DNA from: Ostrea edulis | Taxonomy: Eukaryota | NCBI RefSeq assembly: GCF_947568905.1 | Contig: NC_079164.1 | Coordinates: 92,318,001 to 92,382,000, forward strand | Length of the DNA: 64,000 bases | Direction of reading: 5' to 3' | Shown: piece after piece, positions 10,300-23,476 of the stretch | Numbering within the stretch: the first letter of the stretch is position 1 | Layout: each line of letters opens with the position of its first letter | Notes under the pieces: model-generated | Seen by the model: the letters and a program-made list of their open reading frames with translations, nothing else | Databases searched by the model: none | Told to the model about the DNA's origin: nothing | Program-made: the position numbers and the translations under genes

Positions 10300-13082
10300 T
10301 TGTTTATTCTGGTTTGTGGCGATGCAGTAAATCTGATGGCATGGTATTCTGGTCAAGGTAGTCCGGGGTGGATAGGTAACGGGAGCATACCGGGGGTAAG
10401 GCAGTGGGGCAGAAAAACTTGGCATGTACCCAGGTAGGGGATGTGGGGTCGCCGGGTGGCAGGGGTATTCCGGGGGTGACGTTACACGGGGTGTTACGGG
10501 CACCCAAGGATGGAATGCGGGGCCACAGGAGGGACTTGAAACGGACCAAAATTACCAGCTAAATGGAATTGGTTCTGTTGTAGCTTTAGGCCAGGGACAT
10601 GGGACCGGGACAGTTAACCTGCCATAGACACAAATGATTGAGGCCCGGCTAAAGGCATACACTGCACAATTCATGAACCAGTTTGCTCAGCTCAAGAGCA
10701 TGACCGAACAGCTGTTGCAGAATGGTGGAGATGTGAGGTGCAACAGTGCCATATTAGTGGCTTAGCAGTTAGTGTAGGTAACTCTTCGGAGATTTGGGGG
10801 TTTCACCTTTAAATTCAGGTTGGGATAGCTTGTCCGTAGGTCAAGTAGGGGGTTACCCTGCCAGTTATATTGGACGAGCAGGTTGATTGTCCCAGCGTGA
10901 TGGGTGGGTCATGCCCTAAAGTCCTCAGCAGTAATGGGTTGGTACCTATGGGGAACACCTATTACGTTAGCAATACTAGTAGTGGCATTCATGACCAACC
11001 TCAGTCTCCCCATCATTTGCCTATCTGCACAAATGAGTTCCTCTGGGGCCCCGTGTCACCAGTACATCTTGCAGGGTCGGTCAGGTGTTGGTGCATCACA
11101 GTTGAAGCTGCAGACGAGTGAAGTGCCCGTGGGGCATATGGACAATGCTTACAGGGGGATGCATTTTGGTCGCTCGCCAGTCAGACAGGGGATTAGACAT
11201 CATTGCAGGTCAAGGTCGAGATCTCCACTGGTTAGGTATGTCAATACAGAAGACTGTAGGGCTGCTGGTAGGGATGGCTCCAAGTTGTCTAGTCAATGCG
11301 TGTTTTTTGGTCGGGCTTTAGGGATCGGGACTCGAAATAGGTCGGGGCAAGTGCTCCATCAACCCTTAGGTAGCTTCGAAGCTGCAGGGGCGGCAGTTGT
11401 GAGTATATGTCCTGAAATAAGGGTGCCAATGAGGCAGAGTGGTTGTGTGTCGGGGGTAGACAGTGAAAGGTTTGGGTCGACAAGTATGGGTGTTCAGAGG
11501 ACCTGGAATGATTTAAGGGTCAAGGACACGAGGTCGACACAGATCGAGGTGCTACCAGGCACAGGTGATAAGTTATGATGTTGGTCGGAGGGCACTGAGA
11601 CAGGTGTTAGTCACCAGGGTGGTTGGCTGGAGGACACCGGGGATAGTGTCGGTTGCCATAGTGATATGACTTCTGGACATTCCTTGGTTTTGCTGTCGAT
11701 CTCTCAGGGGCTGGGGCTCAAAATAGGTCGAGGCAAGTGCTCCATAAACCCTAAGGGAGCTCCAGTACATGTGAATGGTCGGACCAGTAGTGCTGGACAA
11801 AGGGGTATGGAGTTCTGGTGTCCAGTGGATGGTCAGTTCTCGGATACAGTGGACGAGGATGCATTCGAATGTAGTGTTGGCGAGTTTGGATTGTTACAGG
11901 CGGAAATACTAGTATATGCATGCACTGGGGTTAGTGGTGAGGTATGTGTGGACATACTACATGAGATTAAAAGTCTGCAGGTTTCAGTGGTAGTGCTAGA
12001 GACTGAAGATGCTACAGCCACGATTGAAGCAGTGGCTTATCAGTTCCCAGAGGAGTGTGTCCCCAAAACACCTGACAAATATTGCATTGTTGGTCTGATG
12101 GAGGTTGTGTTGTGTCTGGGTGCCACGGAGAAGACCCTGCGGATGCGGGGTTTGTGGCTCTGTCCGGTTCAGCCTGGTGGTAGTGTTCCTTCTCTGACTG
12201 AGAGGCTTCCTCCTGATAAACATCTAAGCAATGAACGGGATGGGTTTGTTGCTAGTGTCTTCGCGAGTTCCCATTGGTCGTGGGGTGATAGATATGCATC
12301 CCAGGTTCGACTGACAGTGAACCAGGGACAACCCAGGTTTTGTCATCGCAAGGGGGTACGAAAGAAAGTAAATGAATTATGTGAGGGGTGTAAACTCCTC
12401 CATGCTCACAATGCCCCGAAGTGCGGGAAAGGATAGCCTAGTCTGCAGTAATTCAGCCGTTGTTTTGAGGAGACATTTCCTTGTGGTGTTTCTGGATCTG
12501 CCCGCCTGGATGTTGTGATGTCCTTTGGTGTGGTGTGCTATGTCCAAGATGACTCCTGTCCTGTGACGTGCGTGTGGCGATCATGCGTGACATTCCGTGT
12601 GACTCTATGATGTGTCTTTCCTGTTCGTGAATTTCCTGTGATGTGCTGTGTGGTTGTGACATCCTGTGTGACCTTATGAACTGTGAAAATTTAGTTAATT
12701 TTAGGGCACAATGTCGATTATAGAATTAATTTGATCTGTGTATTGCTTTAATGTGTAATGTGTGGTTTTCAACACTGGCCAGAGAGGGATTGGGGATGGT
12801 CATATTATTTGTTCATCCGGAGATCTAACAGGGTAGGATCTTTCTATTTCGGAATTGGGACATTCCTCCTCAAAATAGGAGGGGGTGTAGTGAAATTGAG
12901 TATCTGAATTGTGTCAGTGGCCCGTTCACTTTTACCGGAAGCGGAAACCTCGAATCTCTCTGAGAACAGTTGAATAGGAGAGGTTGTGTGTTGGCTGCCT
13001 AGAACATTTTTGTCATTATCGTTGTGTTTCTGTCGTGTTTTATAGTATATTCGTTTAAATTCCTTAAGTGATCCGGTTTACA
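10300..13082 (+). mobile_element. Possible decayed LTR retrotransposon 3' portion (Gypsy-like) with PPT and LTR start
   Basis: Sharp GC-rich island with broken plus-strand ORFs. Polypurine AAAATAGGAGGGGG (12872-12885) is followed by TGTAGTG at 12886; a possible ...ACA end is near 13082. No RT or integrase motif recognised. Confidence 0.4.
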
Positions 13083-14504
13083 GTGTTGTTTTTCGGCAAG
13101 AGGATCACTTTATTAAGATGAAATTAATTAATTCCACCTGTTTCATACCAAAGAAACTGACAGCAAAAACTAATATATTTAAAGTTGAGTCGAGTTTAGA
13201 GGATAACAATATCGGCAATACAATGAATGAGCAGCACTTTTATAAAATCAACACGTACTATAATTATGTCAAATAAAAAGGAGGTAGTATTTATCATTTT
13301 GCTCATGATGGCCACCAGCTTGTTCCCAGGTCAAATTGGTCATAACATTTGACCCAGAAAACTGCAAAATACATCCCAAAGGCACACGTGTTCACCAGAC
13401 AATCAGCCGTTGTTAAGTAGCATGATTAAGTGCCGTGTAGTTACGTAAAGCACTATATATAAAAGTCACGAGTGCACCAATAGACACCGTACATTTTGTC
13501 ATAACATATATATATATATATATATCCTTTCATTTTCACGAAATGATTCATTCTTTTGTACAAGACCACCAGGTTTGTTTATTGGTTTTTTTTCCCATGA
13601 AATATTGTATTTGAAAAAAAGAAAGGATTAAGTGTATGTATGTGCATGTATAGCGTTGATAATTACCCCATGTTTCAGTGATGGTGTTGTTCATTTAATA
13701 TTTCCACTCCTTGATATTCTCTAAAAGGTGGGTTACTAGAAAACAGTTCCTAGAAAAGTTAACACCATAACAATAGGTCGTTTTCTGACTGATTTATGAG
13801 TGCTGTCTCTACTATAAAGGGACAATGGAAAACTAATACAATGATCCTACTATGAGTAACAAGTCTGGAAAACAGCTAGAACCAAGTTTTCCTGACAATG
13901 TAGAAATAGCACTTCCAAAAGCTTGATTTAACCCCAGGAATTTTACTCTCTGAAATGGACCTTTAGGTCTCTTTAATTTTGACTGCTTGACCTTGACCTC
14001 TGATGGAGAAATTGCTACTTCTATGATATTTATTTATCAGTGAAATATTGATTCTGATCTTTATATACTTTAAAAAGTTGAACAACTTTCAAACTATTGA
14101 TTAAGAAGTAGTTAAGTTGTTATATTGATCACTGTTCGTTATCTTCACCTTTCATTAATGTAATAGGTTCCAACACAAACCTTCAGTTATGATTTATTAT
14201 GACCCAGACGACTTGTATGTATCTTATTAAAATAATCTCTCAAATCGCCCACATAGAGGATTTTAATCTCGCCATTACGGAGGATCATTAAAAGCCTCGG
14301 CAGACTTGCTTCCTGGTTATCCATAACCTTTTTAATTTATGACCAAAAAAGAAAACGTATCAATAAATTTTCCACATACGACCTCATTGGATGACCATTC
14401 ACCTGTCATATGCCGACATTGGTTTTCATTGATAAGATCTGTGAAGATCTAGAATGTGCTTATTTGACAGTTTTGAGTGAAACATTGAAAGGTACAGGAA
14501 ATGT

Positions 14505-14640
14505 AAGCACTGATAATGGGGTGGTAAATCTGATATTTTTAGATGCCAGGTTGTTATAATTTTATCTACTAAGCACTGATAATGAGGTGGTAAATCTGAT
14601 AGTTTTAAATGCCAGGTTGTTATAATTTTATCTACTGGAT
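14505..14640. repeat. ~66-bp tandem duplication
   Basis: AAGCACTGATAATG(G/A)GGTGGTAAATCTGATA...TTATAATTTTATCTACT present twice. Confidence 0.8.
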
Positions 14641-15668
14641 GATAGTAAATTCTACAAAATGATGACAAATCGTCGTTTTGCAGTAACTACCCCACCTAGA
14701 AAATTCCCGCAACTAATTTTGTCAAACTCAAAATTATTTTTATCAATTATATTGCGTAAAATTTATATTTACCAAAAAAAATGTAGCGTGAAACTTCATT
14801 TCTGCCATCTTGTTTTGTTGGATTTATTTTTCGTTCATGTTTAATTTCTTCATCACTATGTCTGATTTTTTTTTTCTTCGACAGTATTTGTCAAGTTTAA
14901 TTTGAAAGAATCTTTACATACAACTAAGGATCTCACTGAATTCATCTTTTTACGGTATTCCTTAAAATTGTTAGTATTTATTTCAAAATGCAACTCTTCC
15001 TATTTCATCCTATTTTATCTTCATACCTGATTAAACGTTGTACATGTACAATCAAGCAGATGAAAAATATTCAGTTTCTTTGTCAAAAAGATGATGGATT
15101 AATATGTATACTGAAAACGGAATGCCTAAAATGAAGCCAACAATTGGACTGTCAGAGATATGCCAGTATGTCTCTCTGGTTAAGTTCAGACCAGTAAGGC
15201 TACAATCTCGACAGACACTTCATGTCTCTTGTAATACCTTGTGTCCGCCACTGCTTTTTAGTGAATTTTAAAACAGTTATCTAACAGGGGGAAACACAGC
15301 AGTTTTTGACAATGACAAGTTCGGGTTAGTACGGTTTAGATGTATTGCTTGTAGAATGGTTACCTGCCATAGGGGCTCGTTCAAAATGCATTGATTTTAT
15401 ATAGAGCAGACCAAAATTTTGTAATGCCCACTCAATACGTGAAGTATGGCTAACTATGTAATCAACTGATTAATAAAACTATCAATTAGCAAATACTAAT
15501 AAATTAGTCGAATCGATTCTGTCTCCTTGTGGTTTCTGACACACACAGGCCCTCTCACAAAATAGTGTGCAGATACATATAGTATTTTATGCATCTTAAA
15601 ACATGATGTCTTTATTATAGATTTAAATGTATAAAATCACCATGTAATTTTCATGCATCTATAATTAT

Positions 15669-15713
<45 letters not shown>

Positions 15714-16566
15714 ACTAAATTAATATTTATCCATGCAGTTCAAGCAATTGTCGTGAATAATGAAATGACGTATTTGGTGACGGTGAACATCTTTTATGAC
15801 CAATATTCGTCGTTATGATCTTTTTTATAATTCATTTCAGTGCTGTTTGTCAATTAATCATTATGTTCTGTTCATGTAGATATAAATAATACATTTATAA
15901 TTTACAAGACACAGTTTAATGGATTACAAATTTTGATGCAGCATAGTAATTACTGTTTCATGCTTTGTTTGAAGTAAGATATAATGCGTACATTTTGTTA
16001 AACCAATTTAAAACAAACATAAATAATTTATATTCTGTTGAATTTAAAAATACACATAAGCCCAATTCAACAAGACTGTCTGTCAAAATAGGCCATTTTA
16101 TGTCAGTTTGGTTGACACAATCCACCACAAATAACAAAATTAATTCAACACATACAGGTGGAATTGTAATCTTGCGTTCTTCAAGACAGGAAGCACATTT
16201 CTAGTGTTTTCTTGAAGAGAGTAGCTTCTTGGCAGTTGGCTACTGATGTGTCAATAAACTTGTAGCACTATATAGCACATAGTCGAAAATAAGTAAAACT
16301 TATATCATTCAAAATATTGTGAAGGATCCTTTCCCCGTCCTGCTGTAAATGGACAGAAACCAAGTGGAGTAAGTCACCTCGCTGTCAGGAGCCCCCTTAT
16401 TGCTGTGGTGTATCACACTACAGGCCACATATCATGTGATACCACTGTTTAAAACGATTTTGTCCCTCGTTTTAGCGATGTGGGTTTTGTGTGTGTGTGT
16501 ATTGCTCGAGATGCCATTGAATATCTCCAACTCTTGATACATCATCGAATGAATTAAATATTTTCT

Positions 16567-17307
16567 TCAACTGCTGTCTGTAGATCCTCGCATGCACCTC
16601 AGTTCTCTGCAATATGCTCGCCACTCTCCTTGCAAATTGTCACAGATTCGACATAAAGCGTCTGATAAAAACACATGGAATGTGTAGTTTCTATCTTTGG
16701 TAGGGGTCTTCTTCTTTGCACTTTGATCAGCGATCTTAGCGTTTGTGTTCTTTATCAAAGAATCACTTCGGTCATTCGATTTTTCTAATTTTCTCCTGAT
16801 CACAGGTTTTTTTGGGGTCCTTCTCAGGGGAGGTAATCGAGACAGTAACGCCTTGCCGTACCTCGACCTTAGGCTTGCGGATGGTCCCTTAGGATGCCCT
16901 CTCCTAGCATTCCACTGCCTGGAGGCGGGTGGAAGAATCCGCTTGGAATTGTTATATGTCCTACGTGATGATGACTGATTAGGAATCAGTCTTAGCTGTG
17001 AAGAACTTGGGGAAATTTGGCGGCGTTCTGCTGAGAACAAATAAATTTATGTTACATTCTCGTCTTCAGAGGTTATGCAAGGTTGAATTGCATCTTTATA
17101 GTATTTTTATTACTGACATAAACAAGGTATTTTTGTGCCGCTTACAGTATATGAAATAATCTGAAATTCCACACCATTATCAATATTTCTTCAGAATTAA
17201 TTATTCTTACCTCGCTTAGTGTTCCGTGCAATGTGAAATCCAGAGGCGATGTTCCCAATCCAAATAAAGCACAAGAACACAATACTGGAATACTTGTAAA
17301 AATCCAT
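16567..17307 (-). CDS. Secreted basic prepropeptide-like protein, 186 aa, C-terminal C-x2-C-x10-C-x4-C motif
   Basis: Exon 1 17307-17211 (MDFYKYSSIVFLCFIWIGNIASGFHIARNTKR, signal-peptide-like), GTAAGA donor, 180-bp intron, TTGTTCTCAG acceptor, exon 2 17030-16567. The phase-1 junction joins in frame. Confidence 0.7.
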
Positions 17308-18394
17308 GTCGGATAAAACAAATCATGAACTGTTTCAACAGAGGTCCTCACATCGCTCTTTTAAGAAGAAGAAAAAGTCATTTCCCTGCACTTTGATACG
17401 CCGGGGAAAAAAAGGTCGAAGTAGCGACAACTGCACCTAAGTTTTTATGCTCTTTGTCCGTTAAATACTGACACCTTTATCGTGGACAGAGGTTCAAAGA
17501 CAGGTGATTTCTGCGGCCTCTCACAGTTCGACAGCTATACACTAGAGTAGATCATTGGCCAACATGTTCTTCTTAGTCACTGCCTTATTTCGGTTTACCT
17601 ACTTCTATTTATATAAGATGAAAGGTAAATCGTCAAATATAAGCCTAGGCGCTTCTAAACATTTTACAATTTTATTAATGAATTGCACATTAAAATTTGA
17701 GGCACGCTTTCTGTTATCTGAATCGTAGACGTTCATTGGTGGTATTTCCTCAAGGGTTGCGAAATAAGACGTCCGTGAAATTTATTGCGCACAGTGAAAT
17801 ATTACGCAAACAGCTGTGTATTTAACTTGTCCAAAAAAGAAAAAAAAAGTTTGTTGATTTGTTTTGATTTGTTTTACATTTACAATTTAATTAGGGAATT
17901 TATTTTTATTTCTGAGGAACTGATACTGACGTATCGAGACGTACATTAAACTGACTCATGCCAGACACGATTATTTTCTTTATTTTTCTCTGTGTTTTGC
18001 TATATATCGCAGTGTTTTGCTATATATCGCAAATGATATTCGAATGAATTATATGATAGTTGAAATCGATACTTTATTTCATTGATCACGTGTGTGCGTA
18101 TGGAACATCTGCTTTAACATGAATCCGATGTACACGTTACATTTGGGAATTACTCTTTGTTTTCTTTGTACGTAACTTTCAAAGAAATTAAATTTTTCTG
18201 TCGAAAACCTTTTATATTATTCTTGTTATCACTGGGTATTTTCTTCTAATTTTAAAAATTCTTATATGATTTATTTCTGTAAGTTTAAGAACTGTGGAAT
18301 AGATCCCCTTCACTGTTAATGATATACAATATATTATACACAACACGTCTATCTTCAGATAACTCTGCTCATTTCAGCCCCTTGCATCAGGCCT

Positions 18395-18632
18395 GGAGGT
18401 TATAACACTTTTACCGTACTCATACTCAAACTCAGCCATGTTTTGTTTGAGTACAACTCTGAGCAAGCTCCGAAGCATACTTGAAAAATGTTGAGCATAC
18501 ATGTACTCCATTTGAGTATGAGAATAATTTCATAAAAGTTTTATAACGTTTATTTTTGTGTATTATTACGATTTACAACAAGGGGTTTGAATTTGAGTAT
18601 GAAAACGTGCTCAAAAAAGTTTTATAACCTCC
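18395..18632. mobile_element. Small MITE
   Basis: Imperfect TIRs GGAGGTTATAACACTTTT / AAAAGTTTTATAACCTCC; internal CATACTCAAA / TTTGAGTATG inverted motifs. Confidence 0.6.
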
Positions 18633-19025
18633 CCTCCAGAACTAAACAGAAATCGTGACTTTAAAAAAAATTAAATATTCAAAATTCCGAAACTAAGATT
18701 TCTGTTTATTTCAATCTTAATCAGAACGTCATGGAACATAAAGAATTTGGAATTGTCGGATAATGGACACTGAACCAACATGTCAAAAATGATATTACCC
18801 AAGCATCTTCAAGACAAACTATTTACATTTCCAATGGTGGATTTTTTTTTCTTTCTGTTTTTGTTTTTGTTTTGTTTTTGCCTTTGATATCTTCACAGAT
18901 TATTATGATAGCCATTTCCTAATGAATGCGTTGCAGTTGTAAACAATTAACGTATGGATATTTATGGATATGATAGTCTGTTTTATTGACAGTAAAATAC
19001 AAATTTCATTTTTGAAAATACATGA

Positions 19026-19112
19026 GGGTATGAACTGCAGTGCTTCACGCGGGTATGAACTGCAATGCTTCACGCGGGTATGAACTGCAATGCTTCACGC
19101 GGGTATGAACTG
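19026..19112. repeat. 25-bp minisatellite (GGGTATGAACTGCAATGCTTCACGC), ~4 units
   Basis: Directly visible. Confidence 0.9.
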
Positions 19113-19807
19113 CAATGCTTCACGCGGGTATGTACTTTTCATGAAGCGCTAGTCTGCCGGCGTGAAGTGTCGCAGTTCATATCCTCATGTATTTTCAAAA
19201 ATGAAATTTATTTCTTGAATATACCTAGAAAACATAAATGTCTTTTTAATCGCAGATTTTTTCTTTTCTCCGATCAATACATGAGTACGTTCGTCAGAAA
19301 ATTGAGCATATTAATGGTGAAGCCACACAACTAACTTCTGTTTTACTAAAAGACGTCGATCAACGTAACAAAACCATTCAATTCCATAATAAAGTTAGTA
19401 GTGCTATCCTGTGTAGGTTTTCTCTTTCCACAATATGGTTTTTTAAAAAGCTACCGGTCTTTACCAGAGACACGTATAATATATGTCTCTGTTTTACGAA
19501 CATTCGGAAGGCGTCGGGAACCAGGGTATATATGCCTATAATCATGCATGCTTAGAAGAAAAGTACGATTGTCAAATATATAGTCAATATTTATTATTTT
19601 TTGAATTATGAAACAATTGGCATATAGTTTTTTCATATTGCTAATATTTTCACTATGGAAATAGAATGATAAGTTGGTACTGAGATCGCGTTTTCGTGTA
19701 TGTTATAGAATAATCTCCGAGGTCTCGAAATGTTTTGAAATATAAAAGCCGAGACGTTAGCCAAGGAGGTTATCCTGCAACATACACGAAAACAAGAACT
19801 GTTCATT

Positions 19808-19883
19808 CAATCGGAACTCCTCGAATGTCTCGCGCACTCGACATAGATGTCGAGTGCGCGAGACATTCAAGGAGTTCCGATTG
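19808..19883. mobile_element. 76-bp palindromic mini-element with 9-bp TSD (Mutator-like)
   Basis: 37-bp arms with one mismatch around a 2-nt loop (CAATCGGAACTCC...GGAGTTCCGATTG); TSD CTGTTCATT at 19799-19807 and 19884-19892. Confidence 0.85.
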
Positions 19884-21086
19884 CTGTTCATTGCGTCTCA
19901 GAAATATACAGCCAGTCGTTTTCCTGTATAGCTACGAATTAGGTGACTATGACGTCATGACAGTTTTCGAAACGGCCCACATTGTTATTTGCTGCCGAAA
20001 AGAATGAGATAACAGGGGCATTCTAAATCTATTTTGAGAAAATATTTCAAGTATTTAGTTTAATGTCAACAGATTATATCAACTGGTTTGAATACAGTTC
20101 AAGGAAAACTTGTCTGTGCATGCATCGCCATGTTTACATGTGTATCGCTCTCGGAATGCAGACGATTGGTTTATACTGACAAATGTTCTTCGGTCATTTA
20201 TGAATTTGTTTTACTATATATATTGATTTATTTTTATGATGATAGGGCCAGTTTGGGTCCTTATCCTACCTTGCAAAGATAAAATTTTCTTGCCATTTTC
20301 GTAAACAAATTAGCAACGCAAACAATTAATGTCTATTTAATTCGAAGTCTAGAGGTCAGTCTTCACACTGACCATTACAAGGTGGTTAGTCGCTTAGTCA
20401 ATGAATATGAATAGTAAACACTAAATGTCAAAAATCATTCAGGATTTATGTAGCCATGATGAAGTCGTTTTCGGCCTGACAGCATGGAGTCTTAATGTAC
20501 AATGGTACCATGCATGTAGACTCAGATTCATAAATCAGATGTCAGTTAATTATGTCATTTATAGGGACGTAACACATGACTGACACAGAATTCATGGTAA
20601 AATTAGATTTAAATATCATAAAAAAAAACTAAATATACGCTTTATTTCTGTCTGTGCCATTTCTTTTTTTAAAATTCCCAGAGTAGCTAATGTTCCACCT
20701 TCATTACGAATTAAAACTCAAATTGTAAATGCTGTTACGGTTTTGCGAAAATGAACAATTAATGAATTTCTATTTACATATGTTATTAAACGTTTGCTGA
20801 CATTCTAACTGTATTGGTTAAGGAAAATGTGCACAAAATGCTTACAGCATGAAGTCCGTTTTTCTCAGACACTAGTCTTGGATAATTAAAATCGGGAATT
20901 AAAAACTTATCCAATTCAGCTGTTTCAACTCTTGACTTCGTCCTATGCTTGTGTACAGGGAGTTAGGTTTGCGGGTCAGGTAGTTTCCAGTATGTGCCAG
21001 TCCCTACTTAAAATTATAAAGATATGGTTTTATTGAAAGATACATGTACATTATATCTATGTATGTTTAATTAATTTGTTCATGTC

Positions 21087-21362
21087 TATGGCGTGTAAAA
21101 TGTTACAATATTATACAAATCTTGATTTATATGCGAACATCATGTTGATTTTTATTCGATAGTCTTGTTATTTATATGTGAAAAATTTGATTTATATTCG
21201 ATAATCTTTATATATGTATTCGAAAATTTTGTTGTCAATATTGTATAATCTTGTAATCTATATTCGAGAAATCTTAATTCATATTCATAAATAACAAAAT
21301 TATCGAATATAGGTATCAAGATTTTACACACACATATATATTGTATATAAATCAAGATTTAT
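21087..21362. mobile_element. Truncated foldback MITE, same family as 54086-54479
   Basis: Starts TATGGCGTGTAAAATGTTACAATATTATACAAATCTTGATTTATAT, matching the TIR of the 54-kb copy. Confidence 0.6.
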
Positions 21363-21540
21363 GGAATATGAAGGAGTGAAGGAGCTTTATGAACGATAAA
21401 GCTACCCTGCTTGATTTTTTTTTTTATTGTTTGGGAATTTCAAAGCAAAAATTAGGGAAAATACCTGCTTTTTAGCATTGGGGATGGGGCCTTATTTCGG
21501 ACCTCTACAGACCCTAAAAAAAAAATCCCTGGTTGACTTT

Positions 21541-21895
21541 CTCATCAAATCATCTATACCGAGCTCTAAATTATTTTATTGATACGCGCATCAATTTAAA
21601 AAATGAGAGCAATAATTCAATTGATGCGCACAACAATTAATTCAGTTGATGAGAAAGAGAAATATTTTTGATGCGCGCATCAAATGAAATATTGTGTGCA
21701 ATAATTCAATTGATGCATGCAAGAATTCAATTATTACCCACAATAATTCAGTTGATGCGCACACCAAAATCAATTATTGTGCACAATTTAATTCATTTGA
21801 AGCGTGCATCAAATCAGTTGATGAGAACACTAATTCATTTGATGCGCGCATTGAATTAATAATATATTTGAATAAATAACATCTGGTGCTCCATA
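21541..21895. mobile_element. Truncated copy of the TATGG-terminated foldback MITE at 44955-46000
   Basis: Shares ATACCGAGCTCTAAATTA and the GATGCGCGCATCAA/AATTCAATTG repeats in opposite orientation; ends ...GGTGCTCCATA. Confidence 0.7.
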
Positions 21896-21906
21896 CAGTA
21901 TACGTG

Positions 21907-22061
21907 NNNNNNNNNNNNNNNNNNNNNNNNNNNNNNNNNNNNNNNNNNNNNNNNNNNNNNNNNNNNNNNNNNNNNNNNNNNNNNNNNNNNNNNNNNNNNN
22001 NNNNNNNNNNNNNNNNNNNNNNNNNNNNNNNNNNNNNNNNNNNNNNNNNNNNNNNNNNNNN
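21907..22061. other. Assembly gap (155 N)
   Basis: Run of N. Confidence 1.
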
Positions 22062-23003
22062 GTGGTGACAGCACTGATTGTAGTCATACAAGCTCTACTC
22101 TTATACATACTAGTACTCAGTGATCATTTTACTCACAATATTTGTCCATCAAATTCAATACACTGATCACTGTCTTTATGTTTGTAAACAGCTGTTTAAT
22201 GAAAGGACGGCGTCACCTCAGAATATGTCTGGTTATTGATTATGTGTTTAGTTTTAGGGCACCATATGGCCTGCATGAAAATGAAGTTATGAAACTATCT
22301 AATTCTTGAATATTGTCATTATTCTATATACCTGTGCCTTACAACACTTGGTTGATGCTGGTCATACCCTGCAATGTTCCTCAGATGCCTTCAGGTCAGA
22401 TTACAACGTGTAAGTAGCAGGGGTATCAAAAACTATTTTTCAAAAAAAATTATTCAAACTATTTTACAGCGAAAAGATTAACAAAAGTTCTAAATAAGAT
22501 ATTGGATACTAGAATATTGAATATGCAAATTACTTATGGATACTTTGTACACTAATCAATTATGTACGCTGTTATAATTACATACTGTATGCCTATGTAG
22601 AAGATGTTTATTGCATGTTAAAAGTCGACCATACCCAGAATATACCAATCACTGCATATTCGATCACTATATGTACGCTCTCGTCATATGACCAGCATTT
22701 GACATTAATAATGAGCATAATCAATATTGACAATGGTTTATTTAATTCTTAATCATTTGTCGTTTCAATCTGATTTGTGTGGTGTTGCGAGTAGGTGATG
22801 TGTGTGTGTGGGGGGGGGGGGGGGGGACTTTTGTTTATTCTATTTATTTTTTGGGGCCTATTTGATGGTTTTTATTTTGTGTTTATTATCATTATCATTG
22901 GATTTTTTTTTATTTGGTTATATTTTTTGTTTGTTCTATTTCATTCTTTTTGTTTTTCTGATGCTCTTTTCTGTTTGTTTTGTTTGGGGTTTTTTCCTGA
23001 TCT

Positions 23004-23039
<36 letters not shown>

Positions 23040-23476
23040 TCGCTACACCTCGTTTAGCAATAATATACCTCGTGTAGCAACAAGGGGTAGATCAAGGAGC
23101 TGATTTTAATCAGATTATATATCTATCCATTTATTTATTCTTTGTTCATGTATTATTTATCATGGTTATGTCCCTTAGATTAGAAAATACAGTCCATGTG
23201 CAAGATTTGATAGGAAGAAAATACTACTCGTGATAATTCCCCCATGCTTAATTTCAACACGAAGTTACTGGGTTAATCATTATTGGTACATTTCTTGTAA
23301 ATTTGAGTTTTGGGATGTTATTGGGAACAAGTGTGCAAATAGGCGGAACGAAAGAAATCACATGTTTATCATGTGATACATGGTTTAAGTTAACGAACCA
23401 AAATGGTGGACAACAGACGGATGTCCTCAAGTCGGGCTCAACTATTATCGTGATTTCCTAAACCTCTCGCATAAAC

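Noticed and set aside
13780-14060. Coding-like stretch with in-frame stops
   Set aside because: No recognisable family motif or splice structure; at most a decayed fragment.
16600-16680. Death-domain-like look of LCRICDNLQGEWRAYCRELR
   Set aside because: The ORF stops about 10 residues later, too short for a six-helix fold, and the protein has a signal peptide.
21774-22108. ORFs spanning the N run
   Set aside because: Artefacts of the assembly gap.
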